From IMG/VR virus record IMGVR_UViG_3300027816_000055: 64,000 bases of DNA; one strand, written 5' to 3'. Positions 1-9,863 of this stretch are shown piece by piece; the stretch's first letter is position 1; each line of letters begins with the position of its first letter. A program made the position numbers and the translations under genes. Source of the DNA: a virus. The notes below the pieces were generated by a model that was not told where the DNA came from, did no database searches, and saw only the letters and a list, made by a program, of their open reading frames with translations.

Positions 1-338
1 TTGATTGCATCACATGTGGCTTCTTTTGCAAATCGGATCGCATTTTTTACAGCTTCTTCTTTTGAAATTTCATATGCTCCCTGTGGCATGTCTCCGACAA
101 TAAATGTATTTGGAGCACCGCGACGAACTGCTTTAGCAAAACTAATCATTTCATCCATAGTTACTGGATTAGTTGTTTGATAACCCAATTCTACCATTCC
201 ACCAGAGTCTCCAACCAATATCATTTCGATACCAGCATTTTCAACTGCATTTGCAAATGGATAGCTATAGGCAGTAACCCATGTAATAGGTTCACCTGCT
301 TGTTTCATTTTGTTAAAATTAATAATTGATTTTTTCAT
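1..338 (-). CDS. panB: 3-methyl-2-oxobutanoate hydroxymethyltransferase (ketopantoate hydroxymethyltransferase), 5' part; runs off the left edge; absent from ORF track
   Basis: Manual translation from ATG at 338: MKKSIINFNKMKQAGEPITWVTAYSYPFANAVENAGIEMILVGDSGGMVELGYQTTNPVTMDEMISFAKAVRRGAPNTFIVGDMPQGAYEISKEEAVKNAIRF. Contains PanB motifs TAY, LVGDS, VTMDEM, VGDMP. ATG overlaps the TGA of the upstream gene (ATGA). Confidence 0.92.
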   Translation of the reverse strand, partial: MKKSIINFNKMKQAGEPITWVTAYSYPFANAVENAGIEMILVGDSGGMVELGYQTTNPVTMDEMISFAKAVRRGAPNTFIVGDMPQGAYEISKEEAVKNAIRFAKEATCDAI

Positions 339-1090
339 AAATATTTTTCAGCTTTTAGTTCTTCATCTGACAAAAACGGATACATATCGTCCAATCCACA
401 TTGTATTGATTGTCCTGTATTTTTATCTTTCTTAAGCATTAATGTAGGCACAATTTCTTGCTCTTCTTTACATATTACCTCGCATATAATGCCTGTTTTT
501 TTATTTAAGATATTTTTTAAATTTTTTTTCAATTCTTGATTTGAAGTAATTTTACTATACTCCATTTCATATGTTTCTGCAACATTTTTTAATTCAGGAA
601 ACCATAATCCGTGATTGCTATCAGTACCATATACACGCCCTTCATAAAACTTTTTCTGTGTGTTTTTGATGCTTAAATAACCGCTATTATTCCAGACAAA
701 TATTTTGATCGGCAAATTTAAATATTTAATTGTGGCTAATTCTTGTATATTGGTATTGAAACTTCCATCTCCAGTAATCACTACAACGTTTTTTGTAGGA
801 TCTGCTAACTTTACTCCGATAGATGCTGGTAATGCAAATCCCATATCTGCCTGTGCGCCAGATAATACAAATATCTGATTATCAATCATTTTTAAATTTT
901 GACTAGGCACATAAATTGCACTTCCCGCATCGGACACAATTGTATCAGACGCCGACATGACATCATTTAATGTTTCAATAAAGGTATACAAATTTATACC
1001 ATTTGTATCGTCTTTATAAGATTCTTCGTAAATAGGCCATTTATTTTTCCAATATTTACATTTTTCTATCCATTTTTCTTTATTTGTCAT
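335..1090 (-). CDS. ThDP-dependent enzyme, acetolactate-synthase-like, C-terminal (ThDP-binding) half
   Basis: GAQADMGFALPASIG, ITGDGSF...NIQELATI, and NNSGYLSI form the GDG-X(24-27)-NN ThDP motif. Confidence 0.9.
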   Translation of the reverse strand: MTNKEKWIEKCKYWKNKWPIYEESYKDDTNGINLYTFIETLNDVMSASDTIVSDAGSAIYVPSQNLKMIDNQIFVLSGAQADMGFALPASIGVKLADPTKNVVVITGDGSFNTNIQELATIKYLNLPIKIFVWNNSGYLSIKNTQKKFYEGRVYGTDSNHGLWFPELKNVAETYEMEYSKITSNQELKKNLKNILNKKTGIICEVICKEEQEIVPTLMLKKDKNTGQSIQCGLDDMYPFLSDEELKAEKYL

Positions 1091-2096
1091 AGTTTAAAAA
1101 ATAATTTAAATCGGCATTAATATACTTATCAATTTTTATTGTGTTCTTTCTGTGTTCGTTATCATCAATATCGACCATGATTTTATATGAATGTGGGGAA
1201 AATAATTTTTCATCATATCCAGTGTGAGAGCAATTAAGAGAGCATCCTAAAATAAGCAATAAATTACAATTTTGTATTGCAAAATTACCTGCTCGGCTGC
1301 CTTTAATACCGATTGTTCCTAAATGTAATGGATGTCTATGACCTAAAATATCAATTCCCAAATATGAAGTAACTGTAGGAATTTGATGCTTTTCTACGAA
1401 ACGTTTAAATAATTGTTTAGAATTGCTTAATGTTATACCATATCCTGCTAAAATAAGTGGACGATCATACGATTCAATTATTGGAAGTAAATTTTTTATG
1501 GTAATTGACGAGTTGTTCAATGTTGACTCTGGTATAAATGATTTGCATTGTGTTATGTCAATTTCCGCGTGTTGAATATCGCTCGGTATATCTAACCACA
1601 CTGGTCCCATACGTCCCGATAAAGCGATATGAATAGCTTTATCTAATTCGTATGGAACATCAGTTGCATTTTCAACCATTATTGCATATTTTGTCAATGA
1701 CTTGACTGTATCAATGATATTATGTTCTTGAATTCCATATTTTCTAATAGATACGTTTTTTTCTCTGTTAATAAATAAACTAGTTTGTGTTTTTTTAACA
1801 TTTCCAGATAAAAATAAAACGGGTAAGCTATCTTGCCATGCATCCAACAATGATGTAATACAATTGGTTCCACCACATCCGGTTGTAGGATTAACTACTG
1901 ATAATTTGTTTGTTACTTTACTCTCACCAACGGCAGCATGTCCTGCTCCTTGTTCATTATGAAAACAAATATAACTTATTTGTTTTTCTTTAATAAATCC
2001 GTCATTAAGCCCTGCTGCTCCACCACCCATTAATCCATATACGTATTTAATTCCAATTTTTGCCAAACGTTGTGCTATATAGTCTGATACTCTCAT
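1080..2096 (-). CDS. ThDP-dependent enzyme, acetolactate-synthase-like, N-terminal and central (FAD) domains
   Basis: VYGLMGG, FHNEQGAGHAAVG (catalytic Glu), TTGCGGTNCITSLLDAWQDSLPV, GRMGPVWLDIPSD, RAGNFAIQNCNLLLILG. Confidence 0.9.
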   Translation of the reverse strand: MRVSDYIAQRLAKIGIKYVYGLMGGGAAGLNDGFIKEKQISYICFHNEQGAGHAAVGESKVTNKLSVVNPTTGCGGTNCITSLLDAWQDSLPVLFLSGNVKKTQTSLFINREKNVSIRKYGIQEHNIIDTVKSLTKYAIMVENATDVPYELDKAIHIALSGRMGPVWLDIPSDIQHAEIDITQCKSFIPESTLNNSSITIKNLLPIIESYDRPLILAGYGITLSNSKQLFKRFVEKHQIPTVTSYLGIDILGHRHPLHLGTIGIKGSRAGNFAIQNCNLLLILGCSLNCSHTGYDEKLFSPHSYKIMVDIDDNEHRKNTIKIDKYINADLNYFLNYDK

Positions 2097-2105
2097 AAAT
2101 TATAA

Positions 2106-3065
2106 TTACCAAATAAAATTATTTCTATAATAAGATACAATATCTTTTATTTCTACATCAAAATTACATTTTGGTGTCCATCCTAAATTACGTAATTTAA
2201 AATCATTTAACGCGTATCTTACATCCTGACCTGCGCGATGAAAACAAAAATCGATGTATTCCTCTTTATAATTAGGTTGAAATTCTTGAAAATACGCAGT
2301 TATAATTTTTTCAACCGTTATTATATTAGATTGTTCAAATCCACCAGCAATATTATAAATTTCATTTTTTACACCAGCGTCTATGATTGTAATAATACCG
2401 TCTGCTGTATCTTTTGCATGTAACCAATTACGAATTGGTGTTCCATTATTATGCAAAGGAATTTTTCTATTAAGCTTTAAAAACTTACATGTCTTCGGAA
2501 TCAATTTTTCAACATATTGACCGATACCATAATTATTCGTAGGTCTTACAATAACATATGGAATTCCATATGTTCGTGCCCATGCTATTATTAATTGGTC
2601 AGCCGCTGCTTTTGTAGCACTATATGGATTGCTCGGTTTTAAAATATCTGTTTCAATATGTTCTCCATCAACAATATCTCCATATACTTCATCTGTGCTG
2701 AATTGAATTAATGTAGGAGTAATATGACCAGTACTTTTATAGTGCTTTAACAATTCGAGAATATTATATACTCCATCAATATTTGAATGAATGAAATCGT
2801 CGCTTTTACGTATTGAATTATCAACGTGCGTTTCTGCGGCAACATTAATAAAATAATCACAGTCAATTAGACGATCTATATTACAGATATCTTGTTTTTC
2901 AAAATGAAAACGGTCTGTTGATTCGAATTCTTTAATTAAATTTGGATCAGCTGCATATGTAATTTTATCAATTCCTTTTACATACCATCCTTTATTTAAA
3001 CATGCACGGGTTACATATGAACCGATAAATCCTAAACATCCTGTTATATAAACTATTTTAGACAT
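2106..3065 (-). CDS. rfbB: dTDP/NDP-glucose 4,6-dehydratase (RmlB-like extended SDR)
   Basis: ITGCLGFIGS, DKITYA, AAETHVDNSI, STDEVYG, NPYSATK, RAGQDVRYA. Start set at ATG 3065, which follows the upstream stop as TAA-T-ATG. Confidence 0.92.
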   Translation of the reverse strand: MSKIVYITGCLGFIGSYVTRACLNKGWYVKGIDKITYAADPNLIKEFESTDRFHFEKQDICNIDRLIDCDYFINVAAETHVDNSIRKSDDFIHSNIDGVYNILELLKHYKSTGHITPTLIQFSTDEVYGDIVDGEHIETDILKPSNPYSATKAAADQLIIAWARTYGIPYVIVRPTNNYGIGQYVEKLIPKTCKFLKLNRKIPLHNNGTPIRNWLHAKDTADGIITIIDAGVKNEIYNIAGGFEQSNIITVEKIITAYFQEFQPNYKEEYIDFCFHRAGQDVRYALNDFKLRNLGWTPKCNFDVEIKDIVSYYRNNFIW

Positions 3066-3066
3066 A

Positions 3067-4377
3067 TTATATTGTTTTAAAAAATTTTTCAATAATCGTT
3101 TGAATATACATAATTTGTTCAGACGATATTACTGGACTTGTTCCTAAAAAGAAACTATCCGTCGTGACTTTTCTAGCATTAGGATATTTGTTAATAACAT
3201 CCTGTTTATCCATAATTCCAGAATAAGCTGGTTGTAGCATAATATTACCCGCAAAATATGGGCGGGTTTGAATTTTGTTATCTTCCAAATAATTAATAAT
3301 ATCTTTTCTTTTAAAATTATTATTGTTTTTAATTGTCAATGGAAATGCAAACCAACTAGGATCTGCATGTTCTGTTGCTTTTGGTAGAATGAAAAACTCT
3401 TCGTATGGTTTGAATATATCAAACAATTGTTTAAAGTTTGATTTACGTCTAGCATGTATTTCCGGCAGCTTTTTAATTTGTTCTAAACCAATTGATGCTT
3501 GTAATTCAATTGGCTTTAAATTATATCCAATTTCGTCATACACATATTTGTGATCAAATATTTCATCTGGTAATTCTGGTAGCCAATTACTAAATCGATT
3601 TCCACAGCTTCCGTTTTTTAGTTTATTTGCTTTTAAGCCCACACAATAACATCCGCGACCCCATTCACGAAAACTACGTGTAACTATTTCTTGTATTTTT
3701 GTATTACATGCTACAAATCCACCTTCACCCATCGTCATGTGATGCGCTGGATAAAAACTACAACTAGCTAACTCACCGAAACTGCCAAGTGGCTTGTTAT
3801 TATATGTTGATCCAAGTGCATCGCAACAATCCTCTAACAAAATTAAATTATATTGTTTTATGATTTCCATCAATCGATTCATGTTCGGCGGATTACCTAA
3901 AACGTGTGCAAATGTTATAACTTTTGCGCCTTTTTTTGCTTGTTCTTCTACTTGATCAAGATTTAAATTTAATGTGTCCAAGTCAATATCAACAAATAAA
4001 GGTTCGAATCCAACTTGAAAAATTGGATTTAATGTTGTAGGAAACCCAGCAATTGGGGTAATTACTTTTGTTCCTTTTGGTAAATTGTATAATCTTTTTG
4101 ATGTCATTGCTAACATCATCAATAAATTAGAACTACTTCCACTATTTGTTAATATTCCATATTCTTTACCTACTAATAATGGAAATTTATTTTCAAATGT
4201 GATTGCATCTTGCCCTAATACTAACCATTCATTCAACAATGAATTAATTGCAGCAATATATTCTTTCTCGTCGAAAAATGGTCCTGCATATTGCACCCAA
4301 TCTTTACCAGCTTCCCATTTTTTAGATGCGTGTTTTTCATTAATATATTCTTTAATTTTATTTAAAATTTCTATCAT
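3067..4377 (-). CDS. rfbH: CDP-4-keto-6-deoxyglucose 3-dehydrase-like PLP/PMP enzyme (RfbH/DdhC family)
   Basis: SFYPAHHMTMGEGG with His in place of the aminotransferase Lys; SFREWGRGCYC...CGNRF Cys cluster; FDHKYVYDEIGYNLK. Start is ATG 4377 or 4383. Confidence 0.88.
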   Translation of the reverse strand: MIEILNKIKEYINEKHASKKWEAGKDWVQYAGPFFDEKEYIAAINSLLNEWLVLGQDAITFENKFPLLVGKEYGILTNSGSSSNLLMMLAMTSKRLYNLPKGTKVITPIAGFPTTLNPIFQVGFEPLFVDIDLDTLNLNLDQVEEQAKKGAKVITFAHVLGNPPNMNRLMEIIKQYNLILLEDCCDALGSTYNNKPLGSFGELASCSFYPAHHMTMGEGGFVACNTKIQEIVTRSFREWGRGCYCVGLKANKLKNGSCGNRFSNWLPELPDEIFDHKYVYDEIGYNLKPIELQASIGLEQIKKLPEIHARRKSNFKQLFDIFKPYEEFFILPKATEHADPSWFAFPLTIKNNNNFKRKDIINYLEDNKIQTRPYFAGNIMLQPAYSGIMDKQDVINKYPNARKVTTDSFFLGTSPVISSEQIMYIQTIIEKFFKTI

Positions 4378-4383
4378 TTCCAT

Positions 4384-4412
4384 AATATAATACGTTAGAT
4401 TCAATATGTCAA
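4384..4412 (-). promoter_or_regulatory. sigma70-type promoter TTGACA-17-TATATT, 6 nt upstream of ATG 4377
   Basis: Minus strand reads TTGACA tattgaatctaacgtat TATATT atggaa ATG. Confidence 0.75.
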
Positions 4413-4421
4413 TCTATAAAT

Positions 4422-5465
4422 TTATATCGTATTTTTTATATTTTCAATCATATATTCAATTTCATTTATTTTCCAAGGATAATTATTATCGTCTGTTTGT
4501 TTTTCACTTGATATAATCTCTCCGAAATCTTCAATTGTTACGAGATTTGATTTGCTTAATGAAGCAAATTCTTTACATTTTGGAGTAAGCCACCAATTCA
4601 TTTTTGGATGTTCTATCAAATAATGTGTTGTATGCTTACTTGAAAATAGAATACCGATCACGGATGCACTTGATTGTTGTACTATTGTTTTATATGATTT
4701 AAAAATTTGAATTTTTTGTGCCATATTAAAATCCATTAACTCAATAATATCATAATTGTTACGTTTAAAGCCATCGATAAGATCAAGTTCATTTATTAAT
4801 ATTCTATTATGATACCATCCACGTTTAATAGTATCCTGTCTTGAAATATACACAGATTTATTTAAATAATTTTCATTAATTGGAATATTATCTATAACCT
4901 TTCTCATCATTTTATAAATAATATTATATCCAAATGGTTGTGGAAAATTATAAAATGAATTTGGTACTATTAAATTTTTAAATTTATATCGTTTATCATG
5001 GTCGATAACATAAATATTAATATTTGGATAATACAATTGCATCCACTCTTTTATAAAAGTTGCGCGGCCTGTATTATGATATAACTCAGCGGGAATGTAT
5101 AATTTAATATTCGTCTGTTTTATCAATTCATCGTAATAATGACATTTACCAAAAAAACAAAAGAAAAAATGAATATAATTTAGTCCAGCAGGATCTTGTA
5201 ATAAAAACGACGGTTCATCAACTAACACGTCATAGGATTCATTACTATTAACAATATTGTTGTCATATAGTAATCTATGATCACCAATCATTTGTGTATG
5301 TTTGTCGATGCCACCTATTACTTTCTTGTGATTATGAAATACTTCTAAATTACAGTCCTCACCTCTCGGGTGCAAAATATAAATATTCTTATATTCAATG
5401 CAAAACTCACGGTTTTTGTTTATAGTTGATTCGGGAATATCGAAAAAAAGAATACGTGAACTCAT
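4422..5465 (-). CDS. glycosyltransferase, GT61/DUF563-like
   Basis: YISRQD...RILINE...MAQKIQIF...IVQQSSASVIGILFS resembles the GT61 C-terminal pattern. Confidence 0.65.
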   Translation of the reverse strand: MSSRILFFDIPESTINKNREFCIEYKNIYILHPRGEDCNLEVFHNHKKVIGGIDKHTQMIGDHRLLYDNNIVNSNESYDVLVDEPSFLLQDPAGLNYIHFFFCFFGKCHYYDELIKQTNIKLYIPAELYHNTGRATFIKEWMQLYYPNINIYVIDHDKRYKFKNLIVPNSFYNFPQPFGYNIIYKMMRKVIDNIPINENYLNKSVYISRQDTIKRGWYHNRILINELDLIDGFKRNNYDIIELMDFNMAQKIQIFKSYKTIVQQSSASVIGILFSSKHTTHYLIEHPKMNWWLTPKCKEFASLSKSNLVTIEDFGEIISSEKQTDDNNYPWKINEIEYMIENIKNTI

Positions 5466-7324
5466 ATTAAATAATGTATTAAATTGTAATAATCTTCACA
5501 CTTTGCATCATTATGCAGTGGTATTAATGTGAATAATAAACTCGCCGTCAATGCTTTCAAATGCTTTAATTGTTCTGTTCCATGCAACTCTACAAAACAC
5601 TTTTCAAAATAAGAAATTAATGGAGAACAATATGAAAAAGATATTGGTTTTGAATTTAAAATAAAATCATATCCAATTAGAGATTGATATATTTTTGCAT
5701 AATCATAAAAAGAATCGCCGTAAATTGTATATGTATTTCCTAACTTTCCGCGCATATCTATAAATTGTAAACTATTATTTTTTACAAATATATTTGAAAA
5801 TACACAATCTCCATGAATTAATGATAAATTACCTCCATTCATTTTTTCATAATTAAAAAGTTTTTCTTTAAGAGAATTGAAAACAATGTTTGAATTTTTA
5901 AATTTAGTGTAATTATAATTATCAAATCTGGATATCAGTTTATTGTAATAATTATCATAAATATTGTTGTTAAACTGATCTGGAACAATTGAGTGTAGTT
6001 GCTTTAGTGATTTGAATAACAAATCGATATGAGTGGTTGTAAGCTCTTTGTGAGCATACATTGTAGAAAACAATGTTCCATCAATCTTTTCAATTTCTAA
6101 TTCGTTTTCACCATTTGTTGAGATTAACTTTGGAAATAGATGTGAAACTATATTTGGTATATTTTTGTAATAATAAATTTCACCACTCAACGATTTTGTT
6201 GATGTTTTAACAATGCTATTTTCTTTAACTTGAATTTGATTATAAGAACGAGGAGTAACTGAATTAATGTAAAATCCGGTAGATTTTTCAAGATTTGCAC
6301 GGGCATTGATTGCTAAATCATCAATATAAAAATCTGCATGCGGCTTTCCAAAACATAATTCATCGTACTGTATGTTATATTTTTCTAGTGTATTAAAAGT
6401 AATAATTCCCACGTCCTTTAAAATTTTAGACACATTTCCACTATAAGTTCTCATTCGCCGTGCCGTGTAAATTATAATATAATGACCTTGGTTTTTCAAA
6501 TGATTAAGAAAGTCAATATTTTTTTGTATTGGCTCAACCGTTGTATAATCATCTGTTTTTTGAGGATATGTAACTAATGTATTATCCAAATCAAAACAAA
6601 AGCGTAATTGTTTTTGTGTAGAATTTTGGCTGCAAAAATCCATTACTTGTAATGGAGTGCCCAAACATACATAATTATTTTTTTCAATATATTTTCCGAC
6701 AACATATTGTTTATCTTCAATCATCTTTTGATATACATGTGAAATGTAAATTTCGTTCAATGTCTGATCACATTTCATTGCGTATGATTGAAATAATTTC
6801 GCATTTTTAAATACATAACAACCAATATTTGCGTTGTCTGAAATCTTTACTTTTTCTTTGATATCAATAATTTGATTTTCGTTTAGTTTAATATAACTGA
6901 ATAGTGGAGTTGGTGTCTTATCGATTGTATAATAAATTTCATTATTTGAAGAATCTCTATCAAATTTGTTGTTTTTGATAAATGAATCTCCATCATGAAT
7001 AATTATTTTTTCATCCAAAATATGGTCGGGTAGTTTAGACAATCCGTACAAAATTGTTTCCACAGGTCCAGAAGTTTGATACGGCAACTTGATGAAATTA
7101 AACTTTATATTTTTATATTCTTTTTGAAGAATGTCTTGAAAGTTATAATGATCTAAAATATAATTATATATAATAGTAACACAATCATCAGTTGAAATAT
7201 TTAACGAATCAATGACCCATGTAATGATTGGCTTTCCCAAGACATTTGTTAATATTTTTGGAAAATGGTAGTCTTCAGATTTGAATCTTTCTCCTTTTCC
7301 ACCTAACGGTATAACAATATTCAT
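5462..7324 (-). CDS. three-domain enzyme: nucleotidyltransferase + HAD phosphatase + APH/choline-kinase-like domain
   Basis: MNIVIPLGGKGERF (NTP transferase); FCFDLDNTL...TAR...GKPHADFYIDD (HAD); IHGDCVFSNI...FIDMRG (kinase). Start set at ATG 7324 (TAA-T-ATG). Confidence 0.85.
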   Translation of the reverse strand: MNIVIPLGGKGERFKSEDYHFPKILTNVLGKPIITWVIDSLNISTDDCVTIIYNYILDHYNFQDILQKEYKNIKFNFIKLPYQTSGPVETILYGLSKLPDHILDEKIIIHDGDSFIKNNKFDRDSSNNEIYYTIDKTPTPLFSYIKLNENQIIDIKEKVKISDNANIGCYVFKNAKLFQSYAMKCDQTLNEIYISHVYQKMIEDKQYVVGKYIEKNNYVCLGTPLQVMDFCSQNSTQKQLRFCFDLDNTLVTYPQKTDDYTTVEPIQKNIDFLNHLKNQGHYIIIYTARRMRTYSGNVSKILKDVGIITFNTLEKYNIQYDELCFGKPHADFYIDDLAINARANLEKSTGFYINSVTPRSYNQIQVKENSIVKTSTKSLSGEIYYYKNIPNIVSHLFPKLISTNGENELEIEKIDGTLFSTMYAHKELTTTHIDLLFKSLKQLHSIVPDQFNNNIYDNYYNKLISRFDNYNYTKFKNSNIVFNSLKEKLFNYEKMNGGNLSLIHGDCVFSNIFVKNNSLQFIDMRGKLGNTYTIYGDSFYDYAKIYQSLIGYDFILNSKPISFSYCSPLISYFEKCFVELHGTEQLKHLKALTASLLFTLIPLHNDAKCEDYYNLIHYLI

Positions 7325-7325
7325 A

Positions 7326-8000
7326 TTATAATTTAAATCCAAAATTTTCTTCTTGTGAAAAAATTGCATTATATTTCAAATTGGTCGCAATTTGTTTTTC
7401 AATAGTTTTATTGTGATGTAATGCAAATTCGTATTCATATGGCAAGTGGCTATATGTTTTTGCACCTTCAATTTTTTCATGCAATCTACGCTCCCATTTC
7501 ATATATGAAACATTTTTAAAAAGACGCCCTTGCGGATCTGGCCAATTAACAATCAATCTGTTTTCAAATGGAGTTAATCTCCAACCCCATTGTTTTGCAT
7601 TATCTGGATTTACACCTATAAAATCATTAATACGAGGAATCCAATATAAATCTATATCAGGATTTGTGTCTAATATAAGTTTGATGTTTTCCAATAAAAA
7701 TATAGATGGTAATTCATCAGCATCAATTTGGAATATGTATTTTCCTTTACACAATGATTTACCATAATTTTTATGTTCGCTATAGTTTTTATTTAGCGCA
7801 TGTTTATGTAACTGAAAAAAGCCGCCACCTGTATTTACTGCGTCTTGCAATATTTGAACAGTGGCGGCATCATCACTATAATCATCAAGTATTATACATT
7901 CGCCGTCGTCTTTGTATTTAAAAAGACGTTCCAATAAAGGTTTTATTTGCATACCTTCATTCTTGCATGTTACTAAATATGATACAAATGGTAATGACAT
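7326..8000 (-). CDS. glycosyltransferase family 2
   Basis: SYLVTCKNE, ILDDYSDD, YIFQIDADE, RLHEKIEG. Start set at ATG 8000. Confidence 0.85.
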   Translation of the reverse strand: MSLPFVSYLVTCKNEGMQIKPLLERLFKYKDDGECIILDDYSDDAATVQILQDAVNTGGGFFQLHKHALNKNYSEHKNYGKSLCKGKYIFQIDADELPSIFLLENIKLILDTNPDIDLYWIPRINDFIGVNPDNAKQWGWRLTPFENRLIVNWPDPQGRLFKNVSYMKWERRLHEKIEGAKTYSHLPYEYEFALHHNKTIEKQIATNLKYNAIFSQEENFGFKL

Positions 8001-8001
8001 A

Positions 8002-8556
8002 TTATGTATTAGTATATACCCAACAATATTCTTGACTATGTAGTTTGCTTCGGTTTTCGTAAAAAAACTCATTTACCGCCTGTTCTACCCCATAATGGCC
8101 ATCATAATAATCGTGTCCGGCAATAATTCCATTTTTCTTTAGTTTTGGGAACCAAGCATGTAAATCTTCTTTAACACACTCGTAATCATGACATGCATCG
8201 ATAAAAATGAAATCAAGACTTTCATTTTGAAACAGTTTAGATGCATTCACAGAATAATCTTTAATAATGTTAAGATTGTCTTTTAATTTCTCTTTAATTG
8301 GTTCGATATTTTTACAAAACAGATCGTATGACGGATACCCATTTGGATTATTAAGATCCACATCCGTCCATGTATCAATAAGATTTAGTTTAATATTTTT
8401 GTTTCGATTAATAATTTCCACACCAATAAAGCATGCGCTTTGCCCACAATCACATCCAATTTCTACAAATTCCGCATTATCAAATCGTGTTACCATTTCA
8501 AAATATAATGCAGGAAACGTAAATGCACCTCTTACATTTTTATAATAATGTTCCAT
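8002..8556 (-). CDS. class I SAM-dependent methyltransferase (Methyltransf_24-like)
   Basis: FVEIGCDCGQS, DFIFIDACHDYECVKED, GIIAGHDY. Confidence 0.85.
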   Translation of the reverse strand: MEHYYKNVRGAFTFPALYFEMVTRFDNAEFVEIGCDCGQSACFIGVEIINRNKNIKLNLIDTWTDVDLNNPNGYPSYDLFCKNIEPIKEKLKDNLNIIKDYSVNASKLFQNESLDFIFIDACHDYECVKEDLHAWFPKLKKNGIIAGHDYYDGHYGVEQAVNEFFYENRSKLHSQEYCWVYTNT

Positions 8557-8561
8557 AGTAT

Positions 8562-9863
8562 TTATTTATTCAATTTAGGTAATTTAAGTTTTGGTAATAC
8601 AATTTTCTTTTCAATTGCAAATTCTGGAACATATTTGTCTAAATATGCATGTAAAATTTTATCAGTTGCTTCCATACTAAATCTTTCCATATTTTCAATG
8701 CGTAGCTTTTCCGCATTCTCTTTGATAGATGGCGCCGGACTGTAAAATATTGTCTTGAATCGTTCTTCAGCAAGACCGTAAGCAACAGAGAACCAACTAC
8801 TTTCTTTAATAAGCCATTGATTAGAAGATGCTGGATCAACCTGCTTTATGGTTCCTTGCAATAACTGTGCATACTTCGGGTTCAAGAAATCAAGATGACC
8901 ACTCCAATTACTTGCCAATATTGGTTTGCCGCTCAAACTTGCAAGTAATAATGGATGTCCATATCCTTCACCGTGTGTAAAACTAACATGTGCTTTAACT
9001 TTTTCATGATTAAACAATGCATTCATTTCTACATCATTAAGTTCACCATGCAAAAGATATACATTTGGTAAATCACCACCAACTTCTTTTTTAATAGCGG
9101 CAATACGTGCCAAACATGCATCTCTATCAGCGATAGAAAAATTAACACCGCTTGTTTTTAAGATCAAACAAGGACGTTCACCTTTTCTGTCTTTGAAAGT
9201 ATTACAGAAGGACTTGATTAAATTACCAATGTCTTTACGATCATTATATAATCCATTTGAGCTTGTCCATTGACCAACAAACAAAAATGCAAAAGTTTCA
9301 GGAATATTGCTTAATGCGGCTTCTACGGTTGCAACTTTTTCATCTGTTTTCTTAAATACTTTGATGTCTGCACCCCAAGGGGTAACTTCCATAGGCTTAT
9401 TTACTACTAATGGTTCATTACGACCATCTGGCAAAGTCTTGACAAAGTTTGCTTTTTGAAATACTTCTTTTGAAAATGTACTAGTTACAAAGTTAACATT
9501 CATTTTATTTAATCCTTCAATCCACTCACCCGGTGGGATCGTTGTTTCAATACCGGCAGTCATACCAATATTGTATTTAGCAGGAGTTTGAAATTCATTT
9601 GGAATTGTCATTTGAATGAATACTTCTGGTTGTTTTTGTAAAGGGGATCGTAAAATACGATTTCCTAATTCTATTGCTTCATGATCATTCGGATCAATAT
9701 CCGCAACGTTTAGTTTACGCGGAGTTCCACCCCATGGAGTCGGCACAACAAGTAGATCAAATTTGTTATATCTTAACAAACTTTTACCAACTGCCATTGC
9801 CCATTCACCGTAACCACTGCGAGTAAAAATAGGACTTTGAAATACACAAACTGGTTTGCTCAT
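8562..9863 (-). CDS. GT-B glycosyltransferase (GT4-like)
   Basis: TRSGYG, MTAGIETT, FLFVGQW...DRKDIG, FTHGEGYGHPLLLA. Confidence 0.8.
   Translation of the reverse strand: MSKPVCVFQSPIFTRSGYGEWAMAVGKSLLRYNKFDLLVVPTPWGGTPRKLNVADIDPNDHEAIELGNRILRSPLQKQPEVFIQMTIPNEFQTPAKYNIGMTAGIETTIPPGEWIEGLNKMNVNFVTSTFSKEVFQKANFVKTLPDGRNEPLVVNKPMEVTPWGADIKVFKKTDEKVATVEAALSNIPETFAFLFVGQWTSSNGLYNDRKDIGNLIKSFCNTFKDRKGERPCLILKTSGVNFSIADRDACLARIAAIKKEVGGDLPNVYLLHGELNDVEMNALFNHEKVKAHVSFTHGEGYGHPLLLASLSGKPILASNWSGHLDFLNPKYAQLLQGTIKQVDPASSNQWLIKESSWFSVAYGLAEERFKTIFYSPAPSIKENAEKLRIENMERFSMEATDKILHAYLDKYVPEFAIEKKIVLPKLKLPKLNK

Noticed and set aside
1088-1103. In-frame slippery heptamers T TTT TTA / T TTA AAC at the ALS N-half/C-half junction
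   Set aside because: A -1 shift gives CTA TGA (stop). The C-half is in the +1 frame and has an in-frame TAA just before its ATG, so frameshifting does not join the halves.
4001-4011. GGTTCGAATCC, a tRNA T-arm-like motif
   Set aside because: It lies antisense within rfbH (codons for VGFEP), with no acceptor, D or anticodon stems.
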